Source: Candidatus Calescibacterium sp. | GTDB lineage: Bacteria > Calescibacteriota > Calescibacteriia > Calescibacteriales > Calescibacteriaceae | DNA length: 23,376 nt | Assembly (NCBI GenBank): GCA_032249135.1 | Contig: JAVVGL010000029.1 | Coordinates: 1 to 23,376 of the forward strand | Direction: 5' to 3' | Shown here: positions 1-8,204 of the stretch, one piece after another | How positions within the stretch are numbered: position 1 is the first letter of the stretch | Layout: each line of letters opens with the position of its first letter | Position numbers and translations under genes: made by a program | The notes under the pieces: model-generated | Database searches by the model: none | What the model saw: the letters and a program-made list of their open reading frames with translations, nothing else | What the model was told of the DNA's origin: nothing

Positions 1-407
1 CGGTTCTTTCTCTTCTTTTGTTCTTGCCAAAGCATGCAACTGCTGAATCCGGAAAAGATATATTCCTCAAATATAAATGCAACAAATGTCACGCAATAAA
101 AGCTCAAAACATAGAACCTATACTCAAAGAGGAAAAAGGAGAAGAGGAAGAAGAGGAAAAGGAAGAGAAGGGAAAAAAGAAGATAAAGGACCTTTCGGGA
201 GTTGGTCTTGAAAGAAATGCGGAATGGATAAAGGGTTGGCTACTCAAAAAAGAGAAAAATGAAGAAGGCAAAAAACACAAACCAAAGTGGAAAGGAACTG
301 ATGATGAGCTAAAAACTGTTGCTGAGTGGTTAGCTCAACAGAAAACAAAAATAGATGAGAGCGAAATCAAAAAATGGCTTGAAGAAATCATGAAAAAATC
401 AAAGTAA
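1..407 (+). CDS. Monoheme class I cytochrome c, 5'-truncated by the window edge
   Basis: Frame is open from position 3 (VLSLLLFLPKHATAES, signal-peptide-like). One CxxCH (CNKCH) preceded by GKDIF; DLSGVG...WIKGWL and a C-terminal ELKTVAEWL helix typical of class I cytochromes c. TAA at 405-407. Confidence 0.85.
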   Translation, partial: VLSLLLFLPKHATAESGKDIFLKYKCNKCHAIKAQNIEPILKEEKGEEEEEEKEEKGKKKIKDLSGVGLERNAEWIKGWLLKKEKNEEGKKHKPKWKGTDDELKTVAEWLAQQKTKIDESEIKKWLEEIMKKSK

Positions 408-450
408 AGAAAAAAAGAAGTGAAAAAAAGAATACAAGAGGTGCTGAAAT

Positions 451-1023
451 ATGCGGAACATGTTCAAAATATCAGGTAGCTATAGAAAAAATCTACTTGT
501 TCTTTTATTTTTCCTTTCTTTTTCTCTTTTTACTTTTGGTTTTACTTTGGGCGAGGTAAATAGGTTCCTGAATGCTTTTCGCAAAGTAAAACAGCCAATA
601 TTTTTCAGTCATAAAATACATATAGAAGTTGAAGAGCTGGAATGTCAAGATTGCCATAAGTTAGCGGAAAAAAGCCGGTGGGCAGGTATTCCAAAAATAT
701 CCGAATGTGCAGATTGTCACTCAGAACCACCAGATGAGTTCAAATATCCTCAATTCAAAAATGAAGAAGCCCGAGTAAGAGAATATGTTGAAAATGACAA
801 GGAAATACCTTGGGTTCGGGTGAATAAACTCCCAGGGCATGTTTATTTCAGCCACAAAGCTCATGTTGTGTGGGCAGAAATGAGCTGTGAGGATTGCCAT
901 AAAGGTGCAAAAGACCAGTTTGAACCATATCAAAAATCTGGAATTGCTCATCTCACTATGGGAAAGTGCATGAGTTGCCACGAGAAAAAAGGTGCATCTT
1001 TGGATTGTATAACTTGCCACTGA
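451..1023 (+). CDS. Membrane-anchored pentaheme cytochrome c (QrcA/ActA-like, cytochrome c3 family)
   Basis: Five CxxCH motifs (CQDCH, CADCH, CEDCH, CMSCH, CITCH), N-terminal TM helix, QPIFFSHKIH, IPWVRV..LP.HVYFSH and LTMGKC motifs of ActA/QrcA. SD GAGGTG at 438-443. Confidence 0.9.
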   Translation: MRNMFKISGSYRKNLLVLLFFLSFSLFTFGFTLGEVNRFLNAFRKVKQPIFFSHKIHIEVEELECQDCHKLAEKSRWAGIPKISECADCHSEPPDEFKYPQFKNEEARVREYVENDKEIPWVRVNKLPGHVYFSHKAHVVWAEMSCEDCHKGAKDQFEPYQKSGIAHLTMGKCMSCHEKKGASLDCITCH

Positions 1024-1026
1024 AAA

Positions 1027-1035
1027 AGGAGGTGA
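1027..1035 (+). promoter_or_regulatory. Shine-Dalgarno AGGAGGTGA
   Basis: Strong SD consensus, 7 nt before ATG 1043 but only 1 nt before GTG 1037, so 1043 is the more likely start. Confidence 0.75.
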
Positions 1036-1042
1036 TGTGAAA

Positions 1043-3250
1043 ATGCTCACTGATAAAATAAAGAAAAAAATAGGCAAAAAGAAAGAAGAAATTAATAAAA
1101 AAGTTGATGGTAGCGGTAGAGATGTTGATCTGAAAAAAAGGGAATTGATCAAAAATTCTGTAAAAGTTGCTCCATTTTTATCTCTGCTGACTACGGCTTG
1201 CGAAGAAAAAGACCCATTCTCTCTCCCCGCAGAAAAACCCTACATTCCAGGTGCCGAAAAATGGTATGAAGGAGAAGAAAAATTCTTGAAAACCACATGC
1301 GGTCAGTGTCAGATCAATTGCGGAATAATAGTAAGAGTTGTTGAAGGAAGAGCAGTTAATGTTTCAGGGAATCCAAAATCCTCACCGAACAGAGGAGTTG
1401 TTGGACCAAAAGGGCTAACATCGGCTTTCGCTCTTTATGACCCAGATAGAATAAAAGCTCCCCTTTTGAGAAAAGGAACCAGAGGTGAAGGGAAATGGGA
1501 AGAGGTAAGCTATGAGGATGCCATCAATATTATCTCCGAAAAATTAAAAGAAAAGTTGAATTCTCCAGGTAAAATTGCTATTTTGTGTGGAAGGCAGAAA
1601 GGATTCACAAAAGAGCTTTTTGAAAGATTTGCAAAAGTTATCGGAACTCCAAATTTTTACGACTTTTCTGAAAAGTCTTACTCACCCAGAGCTATTTTTT
1701 TAGCCATGAAAGAATCATTCGGAATTTATGATTTACCCGGATTTGACCTTGAAAATACAAGATATATTTTGAGTGTAGGAACCGCAATTTTTGAGACAAC
1801 TTGTCATGGTCTGATGTTTTCAAGGTCTTCTTATAAAATAAAATTCAGTGTTCCAACTCAAAGAGCTAAAATCTTACATGTTGATCATTTTTACTCTCAC
1901 AGCGCATCTCAGGCGGACGAATTTATTCAAATAAGGTTCGGCAAATTTCACATTTTCCTTTGTGGATTAGCCCATCAGCTCATAAAAGAAGGAATGTACG
2001 ATAAAGAATTTATCAAAAATAAAACACAAGGCTTTGATGATTTTGCAGATTTTGTCAAAAATTTTGAGCCCGAAAAAGTAGAAGAAGAAACAGGAATTAA
2101 AGCAAAAGAAATAGTAAGAATAGCGAGGGAACTTTGGCTTTCGCGTCCAGCGGTTGTGGTTGTTGATGAGCGCTCAACACTATATACCAACGGACTCCTT
2201 ATAGCTTCACTCTCTTTATCTCTTAACGCTTTGCTGGGAAATATAAATAAACCCGGCGGACTTTTCATAAGAAGAGATATACCATTTTCACCATGGAAAG
2301 AAATCAGCAAATATCAAATCTCCGGGAAAAAAATAGACTTCTCAGATCTCCCAGAATCAGAAGTTGATACTCTCTTCGTTTATTACTTTAACCCAGTATA
2401 TTCTGAAACAGAAAATATGAGATGGAGAAAATTCTTTGAAAGAGCCGATTTTGTTGTGTCTTTCTCTCCTTTTATGGATGAAACCTCTGCTCTTGCAGAT
2501 ATAATCATACCAGATCATACACCTCTTGAAAGATTTGAAGATGCTCAATCTTTATCATCTATACCCTACGCAGGATTTGGTTTGAGAAAACCAGTAGTTG
2601 CTCCCCTTTACAAGACTAAAAATACCGGAGATGTGATTTTAGACATAGCGAAAAAGCTCGGATTTGAAGAAGATTTTTACTTTGAGAACTTCAAAGAGGC
2701 AGTTCTGGAAAGACTTAAAAACTTTGATTTAGAGCAGTTAGAGAAAGATGGCTGGTGGGAAGAACCAGAGAAAAAACCAAAAGATTTTGACAAGTTCAAA
2801 TTTACTTCTCCGAAAATCTTTGAGGAGCCAAAATGGATAGGTGATGGTGAATTTTACCTTTTCCCATATAAATCAATTGCTTATGCAGAAGGCTCAGGAG
2901 CAAACATCCCATTTTTGATGGAACTTTCCGCAAGGCTAAAAGGCATCCCAGCTTATTTATCATATGAGACTTTCTGTGAAATTTCTCCATCTGCTGCTGA
3001 AAAACTCGGGCTCAAAAACTTTGAAAATGTGTATATTTCAACTGAAAAAGGAAAAATCAAAGCAAAAGTTCTTATAAAGCAAGGAATTCCAGACGATGTT
3101 ATATTAGTTGAACTTGGAAAGGGACATACTGAGTTTGGAAGGTTCGCAAAAGGCAAAGGTTCAAATCCACGCGACATAATACCTTATGTAAAGTCGCAAG
3201 CAGGAAATTCAGCTTTATATGTTGCCCGGGTAAAAATTGAAAAAGCCTGA
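1043..3250 (+). CDS. Molybdopterin oxidoreductase-family subunit (QrcB/ActB1-like), probably non-catalytic
   Basis: TTCGQCQINCG...GNP..S.NRG...PKG...LYDPDRIKAPL.R.G.RGEGKW N-terminal domain; FMDETSALADIIIPD; C-terminal GSGANIPFLME and GKGHTEFGRFAKGKGSNP resembling ActB/QrcB. Tat-like KRELIK followed by a lipobox-like LTTAC. Confidence 0.88.
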   Translation: MLTDKIKKKIGKKKEEINKKVDGSGRDVDLKKRELIKNSVKVAPFLSLLTTACEEKDPFSLPAEKPYIPGAEKWYEGEEKFLKTTCGQCQINCGIIVRVVEGRAVNVSGNPKSSPNRGVVGPKGLTSAFALYDPDRIKAPLLRKGTRGEGKWEEVSYEDAINIISEKLKEKLNSPGKIAILCGRQKGFTKELFERFAKVIGTPNFYDFSEKSYSPRAIFLAMKESFGIYDLPGFDLENTRYILSVGTAIFETTCHGLMFSRSSYKIKFSVPTQRAKILHVDHFYSHSASQADEFIQIRFGKFHIFLCGLAHQLIKEGMYDKEFIKNKTQGFDDFADFVKNFEPEKVEEETGIKAKEIVRIARELWLSRPAVVVVDERSTLYTNGLLIASLSLSLNALLGNINKPGGLFIRRDIPFSPWKEISKYQISGKKIDFSDLPESEVDTLFVYYFNPVYSETENMRWRKFFERADFVVSFSPFMDETSALADIIIPDHTPLERFEDAQSLSSIPYAGFGLRKPVVAPLYKTKNTGDVILDIAKKLGFEEDFYFENFKEAVLERLKNFDLEQLEKDGWWEEPEKKPKDFDKFKFTSPKIFEEPKWIGDGEFYLFPYKSIAYAEGSGANIPFLMELSARLKGIPAYLSYETFCEISPSAAEKLGLKNFENVYISTEKGKIKAKVLIKQGIPDDVILVELGKGHTEFGRFAKGKGSNPRDIIPYVKSQAGNSALYVARVKIEKA

Positions 3251-3295
3251 AAGAAATAAGAGAGTGAAATAAGAAAATGAAAAGGAGGTAAGAAA

Positions 3296-4234
3296 ATGAA
3301 AATGAAATCAAAAAATACGAGCAAAGATAAAGAAAAAGAGAAAGCGGAAGAGAAAAGAAGAAAATTTTTAAAGGCAGCCTCAAAGCTTGCAATCTCCATA
3401 GGACTTACATCACCAGCTATTCCATTTCTGGTCAAAGGAGAAAATAAGAAAAATTCAAAAGATGAAAATAATCAAAGCAAGAAAGAGAAAAAAGTAAAAT
3501 GGGGAATGGTCATAGATTTAGATTTGTGTACAGGATGTGGAGCATGTGTTGTTGCCTGCAAAGTTGAAAATAACATTCCAATAACAGGATATGAAAAGAA
3601 AGACTGGGGAACAGAAATAGAGTGGATGACCCTGATACCATATCCTTTGGAAGAAGGTGAAGAGAAAACTCACCAATTCATTATTCCAATTCCATGCCTT
3701 CACTGTGATAATCCGCCTTGTACCAAGGTTTGTCCGGTTAATGCAACTTACATAAACGAGGAGGGGCTTGTTGCTCAGATATACGACCGATGTATCGGAT
3801 GTAGGTACTGTCAGGTTGCCTGTCCTTATTCAAGAAAATATTTTACATGGGAAAAACCTGAATTTCCAGAGACTTATGTGCAGGCTCTCAACCCAGATGT
3901 GCCTGTTCGTCCAAAAGGCGTAGTTGAAAAATGCACATTCTGCTATCACAGAATAAGAAAATTAAAAGAGAAAGCAAAAGATGAAGAAAGAGAAATATCA
4001 GATGAGGAACTTAGAAAATTACCTGCATGTGCCCAAGCTTGTCCGACCGGTGCCATTACTTTTGGAAATCTTGCCGACCCAGACTCTTTGGTCTCAAAAC
4101 TTGCCCGTTCCCCAAGAGCTTTCACACTATTACCTCATCTTGGAACCAAACCAAAAGTTATTTACCTTTCAAAGTTCAAACAAATTTCATTATTAGAAGA
4201 AGTGAAAGGAGGTAGTTCAGAAAATGAAGAGTAA
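3296..4234 (+). CDS. Four-cluster [4Fe-4S] electron-transfer subunit (QrcC/NrfC/ActB2-like)
   Basis: 16 Cys in CTGCGACVVAC, CLHCDNPPCTKVCP, CIGCRYCQVACP and CTFC...CAQACP; WGMVIDLD and RPKGVVEKC motifs; twin-arginine KRRKFLK; SD AGGAGG at 3283-3288. Confidence 0.93.
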   Translation: MKMKSKNTSKDKEKEKAEEKRRKFLKAASKLAISIGLTSPAIPFLVKGENKKNSKDENNQSKKEKKVKWGMVIDLDLCTGCGACVVACKVENNIPITGYEKKDWGTEIEWMTLIPYPLEEGEEKTHQFIIPIPCLHCDNPPCTKVCPVNATYINEEGLVAQIYDRCIGCRYCQVACPYSRKYFTWEKPEFPETYVQALNPDVPVRPKGVVEKCTFCYHRIRKLKEKAKDEEREISDEELRKLPACAQACPTGAITFGNLADPDSLVSKLARSPRAFTLLPHLGTKPKVIYLSKFKQISLLEEVKGGSSENEE

Positions 4235-5756
4235 AGAAGTTTTGCTAAAAAAACTTTGGCGACCTACAAAAGGATTTCTACTGATCTCCACTTTATCAAT
4301 AATACTTATCGGTCTCGGTGTTTTCTGGTTTATTCAGAAAGAAATATATGGAGATATTATTACTTCGCTTCGCAATCCGGGTACAGGTGGAGTCGCGTGG
4401 GGATTATGGGTTATGTTTATTATATATTTTATAGGAATATCTTTTGCTGGTATAACTTTATCTGCTCTTGTGAGACTTTTTGGGATGAATGAATTGAAAC
4501 CTCTAACCAGACCCGCTGAACTTATAACAATAATATCTCTTATCCTTGGAGCTCTATGTGTCCTTGCAGACCAAGGAAGAGTTTTTTATGCGCTTTTAAA
4601 TTTGCCTCGTTATGCAAGACCTATGTCGCCCATGTTTGGAACTTTCACGCTTGTTATATCTGGTTATCTTTCTGCAAGTTTGATATACTTTTATCTTTCA
4701 TCTCGCAAAGATGCTTTTGAACTTTCAAAATATTTTGAGAACTCAAAGTTAAAAAGGTTGCTCTATAAGGTGTGGGCTGCTGGATGGAAGGGAGATTTGT
4801 CACAGGAAAAAAGACATGAGACGAGTTCATTCTGGCTTGCTATATTCATTTTACCTTTGCTTGTTACTGCACATTCAACTCTGGGGTTCATATTCGGAAT
4901 TCAAGCTGGGCGTCCTGGTTGGTTTTCCGCTTTGCAAGCTCCGGGATTTGTTATTATGGCTGGGATTTCTGGAACAGGATTAATAATTCTGGTAGCTTAT
5001 ATTTTGAAAAAAATTTATAGATTAGATGAAGTCATAGGAGAGAAGGCTTTTTATACTTTGGGTTTTATGTTGTTCGTTTTGTGCATAATCTATCTATATT
5101 TTACGATAGTTGAAGAACTTACGGCTCATTATGCAGCTCCAGAAAAAGATAGGTATATTGCTCATCAAATAACCACAGGAAAATTCGCTCCCGTATTTTG
5201 GATAAATGTTCTCTGTCTGATTTTGCCCGCAATCTTTCTTTTTTACCAAACAGTTTCAAGAAAAGTCAATATTGCCTTAACTGCTCTTGCAGGAGTTATA
5301 GTTAATGTTTCAGCAGTTTTGAAAAGGTTCCTGATTGTTGTTCCTTCTCAAACTCACGGTTTATATCTACCGTATCAAGAAGGAAGTTATTTTCCAGCTT
5401 TGAGCGAAATAATGATTCTTTTGGGAATAATTGGATTTGGAATTCTATTATTTGTTCTTTTTGCAAAAATTTTCCCTATCATTCCCCTTGAAGTTTTGGA
5501 AGAGAAAAAAATTGAGGAGAGGAAAGAAGAAGTTTTGTATGCTCCATCCTTTACAAGACTTATTTTTACTTTTGGAACTCTTGCGTTGGGATTTTTCCTT
5601 ATGTTTGTTGGCTTTATTTTATCTGCACGCTTTGGAACAAAACCTTATCTTGACCCAATTTTACCTTTTTCCCCAGTTGTATTCATAGTTGGTGTTATTG
5701 TTGCTTTCCTTTCCGCTGTTGTATATGAAATTTTCCCCTCAAAAAGAAAAATTTAG
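4224..5756 (+). CDS. NrfD/PsrC-family integral membrane quinone-interacting subunit (QrcD/ActC-like) with C-terminal extension
   Basis: Many hydrophobic helices; WGLWV..IYFIGIS.AG, R.AE, ADQGR, HSTLG...RPGW and KRFLIVVP motifs. Overlaps the upstream gene by 11 bp; SD AGGAGGT at 4207-4213. Confidence 0.92.
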   Translation: MKSKEVLLKKLWRPTKGFLLISTLSIILIGLGVFWFIQKEIYGDIITSLRNPGTGGVAWGLWVMFIIYFIGISFAGITLSALVRLFGMNELKPLTRPAELITIISLILGALCVLADQGRVFYALLNLPRYARPMSPMFGTFTLVISGYLSASLIYFYLSSRKDAFELSKYFENSKLKRLLYKVWAAGWKGDLSQEKRHETSSFWLAIFILPLLVTAHSTLGFIFGIQAGRPGWFSALQAPGFVIMAGISGTGLIILVAYILKKIYRLDEVIGEKAFYTLGFMLFVLCIIYLYFTIVEELTAHYAAPEKDRYIAHQITTGKFAPVFWINVLCLILPAIFLFYQTVSRKVNIALTALAGVIVNVSAVLKRFLIVVPSQTHGLYLPYQEGSYFPALSEIMILLGIIGFGILLFVLFAKIFPIIPLEVLEEKKIEERKEEVLYAPSFTRLIFTFGTLALGFFLMFVGFILSARFGTKPYLDPILPFSPVVFIVGVIVAFLSAVVYEIFPSKRKI

Positions 5757-5790
5757 CTTAAAAAAATTTAGCTTAAAAAAATTTAGCTTA
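5746..5790. repeat. 15-bp tandem repeat x3 (AAAAAATTTAGCTTA)
   Basis: Units at 5746-5760 (one mismatch at the first base), 5761-5775 and 5776-5790. The first unit contains the NrfD-family gene stop codon. Confidence 0.95.
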
Positions 5791-5803
5791 CCTTTCTTCT
5801 TCT

Positions 5804-6424
5804 TCAAAATCTATGAGATATTCCGGCAGATATTAAGTTTTGTCCAAAGGAATGGAGTTCAACAGTGATGTATGTTTTTGGATTGAGGTAATAGTCTCCT
5901 CCCACGGCGACAAAAAATCTATTTTGTGGTCTGCTTTTTAAAACTACTCCATCTTCAAGTTCTATTATGAAATCTTTATATCCTCCACCAACATATACTA
6001 ATGAGTTAGCAAACTTAAATGATATAGTGGGAGAAAGTTGCCAAAATAGATTATTTGGGAAACCACCTTTTGTTTTTTCAATGAAAGGATAATATTCAAA
6101 GTGAGCATCAAAATTGAAGTTTATGTCTCTTTCTTTGGATAAAAGAGAAACTTTTGCACCAGCACCAAACTGGTTCAAGGTCGGCAAAGGTGAAAGGGGA
6201 ACCAAGTTCTTTATTCCAACAATAACATAAGGAAAAAATTCTTCTACGGGAGCATATCCAAACCTTGCAGAAAGATACAAAGATGATAAAGGGGTTTTTT
6301 CTTTCACATTAGTTTCATACATAGAAAAAGAAACAAATCCTCCGAGGTCAAACATATTCATTTGAGGAGTAATCACTCCACCTCCCACCAAAAATCCAAA
6401 AATTATTATACCACCAAGTAGCAT
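5804..6424 (-). CDS. Putative outer-membrane beta-barrel protein
   Basis: Hydrophobic N-terminus from ATG 6424 (MLLGGIIIFGFLV; the track start at 6460 is a TTG). Alternating aromatic/Gly strands (FGAGAKVSL, VYVGGGY, FVAVGGDYY) and C-terminal Phe (ISAGISHRF), a BamA-type signal. Confidence 0.65.
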   Translation of the reverse strand: MLLGGIIIFGFLVGGGVITPQMNMFDLGGFVSFSMYETNVKEKTPLSSLYLSARFGYAPVEEFFPYVIVGIKNLVPLSPLPTLNQFGAGAKVSLLSKERDINFNFDAHFEYYPFIEKTKGGFPNNLFWQLSPTISFKFANSLVYVGGGYKDFIIELEDGVVLKSRPQNRFFVAVGGDYYLNPKTYITVELHSFGQNLISAGISHRF

Positions 6425-6498
6425 ATAGTAAATTTTACAATTTCCGCTCAGAGGTTTCAATAAAGAATATCTTCAATCATCTTCAATATAAAATACCC

Positions 6499-7137
6499 TT
6501 AATTTTTTGTGTTTGAAAAGAACGTGTTTGAGATGCCTTTCACGATAAAATCAACCGAGATTCCAGCTATCATAATGCTCATAAGCCTTGAAATGACTAC
6601 CGAACCCGATTTTCCCATAAATTTGTAAATAGAGTCTATCTTTTTCAGAACAAAATAGTTTATTATTGAGACAAGCAAAATAGATATAAAAGTTATCAGA
6701 AAACCGTATTGTTTTGTTGATATTATTACTTGCGTTATGGCACCGGGACCTGCGAGAAGAGGAAAAGCAATTGGGACAACCCCGGAACTTTCTGGGTCAA
6801 TTTGTTTTTCTTCCCATGTTCCAACCAAAAGTATTTTGAGCGAGATAACGAGCAGCAGAATTCCTCCTGCAATTCTGAAACTATCTAAACTCACACCGAA
6901 GAACTTGAAGAAGAAATCTCCCAAAAGTGTGAAAGTAATAAGAAGCCAGAAAGAAGCGAAAACCGCTCTTGTAAGCATTTTTTGTCTTTGAGTCTTCGTC
7001 ATACGAGCCGAAATGGAAAGGAATATTGGTATATTTCCCAAGACATCAACTATTATGAATAGAGCAAGAAAAGATTTCCAAAAAGCCAAAATATATTCAC
7101 TCAAATCCAAATTCAATTCGCCAAACAAAAATCTCAT
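6499..7137 (-). CDS. MarC family integral membrane protein
   Basis: LFIIVDVLGNIPIF, FRIAGGILL, VVPIAFPLLAGPGAI and SRLMSI signature motifs; about 6 TM helices. Confidence 0.93.
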   Translation of the reverse strand: MRFLFGELNLDLSEYILAFWKSFLALFIIVDVLGNIPIFLSISARMTKTQRQKMLTRAVFASFWLLITFTLLGDFFFKFFGVSLDSFRIAGGILLLVISLKILLVGTWEEKQIDPESSGVVPIAFPLLAGPGAITQVIISTKQYGFLITFISILLVSIINYFVLKKIDSIYKFMGKSGSVVISRLMSIMIAGISVDFIVKGISNTFFSNTKN

Positions 7138-7201
7138 TCAAAAGTATATTTTGTTTAGCCTTTCCCAATTACTAAATTACAAAAAATAATAAAATGAAAA
7201 T

Positions 7202-7266
7202 TAAGTAAGTAAGTGAGTAAGGAGAAAAGTCTAAAACTAAAACTAAATCTAAAACCAAAACAAAAA
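7202..7266. repeat. Two adjacent microsatellites: (TAAG)x5 at 7202-7221 and (CTAAAA)x6 at 7231-7266, both imperfect
   Basis: taag taag taag tgag taag; ctaaaa ctaaaa ctaaat ctaaaa ccaaaa caaaaa, in the divergent intergenic region. Confidence 0.7.
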
Positions 7267-7316
7267 TTTGCTTATTTTTCCCAAAAAGTAAAAAATATGT
7301 ATTAAAAATAAAAATT

Positions 7317-8204
7317 ATGGCAGACCTTTTTGAAACAAAAAAAGAATTATCAGGGAACTTGGAAGATATAAGGAAACTCCTTCAGAACACCTATATTATG
7401 AAAGAGCCATATAAGGGATATGACCTTGTAGTAGCTGAAATACCGGTTGATAAGCTTGAAGTAGTTGTATATCAGAGGAAACCATCAAAACCTCATGTGA
7501 AAAACCTTGCAAAATCAATCTCAACAATAGGTTTTGTTGTTCCTTTGGTCGTAGCTAAAAAACCTGATGAAGATAAATTTATAATCCTTGATGGACAACA
7601 TAGATACCTTGCATGTCTTGATTTGGGCATAAAAAAAATACCATCTGTCATAATTCCGTGGGATTATGCAACTTTGATGATAAACCTCAATATAGAGAAA
7701 CAACCAAACATAAAAGAAAAAGCGTATGTTGCTTTGAGAATTTATAATGAGCTCGTTGATATGTACCCAGATAAACCAGAAACAGATGATGAAGTTCTCC
7801 AATCTGTTGAGGAAATCCATTATGTGACTATGGGAATGGTTTATGAGCGAGAGGAAAAATTTTCAGGTTCAGCTTGGGACCCAATACTAAAAAAGACGGA
7901 TTGGCCTTTCGATATTTCCTTAAAAGAAGCAAAACCAAAAAGGGAAGAAAGAGCAAAAGTATTAGAAGAACTACACATTATAGTAAAAGAAATAGTGCAG
8001 AAACTCAAGGAGTTAGGAGTTCAGCATCCTTTTGTTTATAAAGAAGTCGTATCTCATGCAAACCCGATAAAGAGGAAAAGAGTAATTGTTGAATTTGATG
8101 AAGTTTTTTCACAAATTAGAGAGAACCTTGAAAAAATGAGAGAAAATCCAGAAGAGTTCAAAGAAGTTGTTGCTGCCCAAATTGAATCTGAATACCTTGA
8201 ATAA
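7317..8204 (+). CDS. ParB/sulfiredoxin-fold N-terminal domain protein (DGQHR-type)
   Basis: IPVDKL...YQR...HVKNLAKSI...GFVVPLVV...FIILDGQHRYLA...LGIKKIP.V...NLN matches the ParB/Srx N-terminal pattern. Confidence 0.8.
   Translation: MADLFETKKELSGNLEDIRKLLQNTYIMKEPYKGYDLVVAEIPVDKLEVVVYQRKPSKPHVKNLAKSISTIGFVVPLVVAKKPDEDKFIILDGQHRYLACLDLGIKKIPSVIIPWDYATLMINLNIEKQPNIKEKAYVALRIYNELVDMYPDKPETDDEVLQSVEEIHYVTMGMVYEREEKFSGSAWDPILKKTDWPFDISLKEAKPKREERAKVLEELHIIVKEIVQKLKELGVQHPFVYKEVVSHANPIKRKRVIVEFDEVFSQIRENLEKMRENPEEFKEVVAAQIESEYLE

Noticed and set aside
1043-3250. Call as catalytic polysulfide, tetrathionate, nitrate or formate reductase
   Set aside because: Fourth FS0 Cys and a clear Mo ligand are missing, and the pentaheme partner points to Qrc/Act.
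5746-5790. Possible CRISPR array
   Set aside because: Units are 15 bp and contiguous with no spacers; no cas genes in the window.
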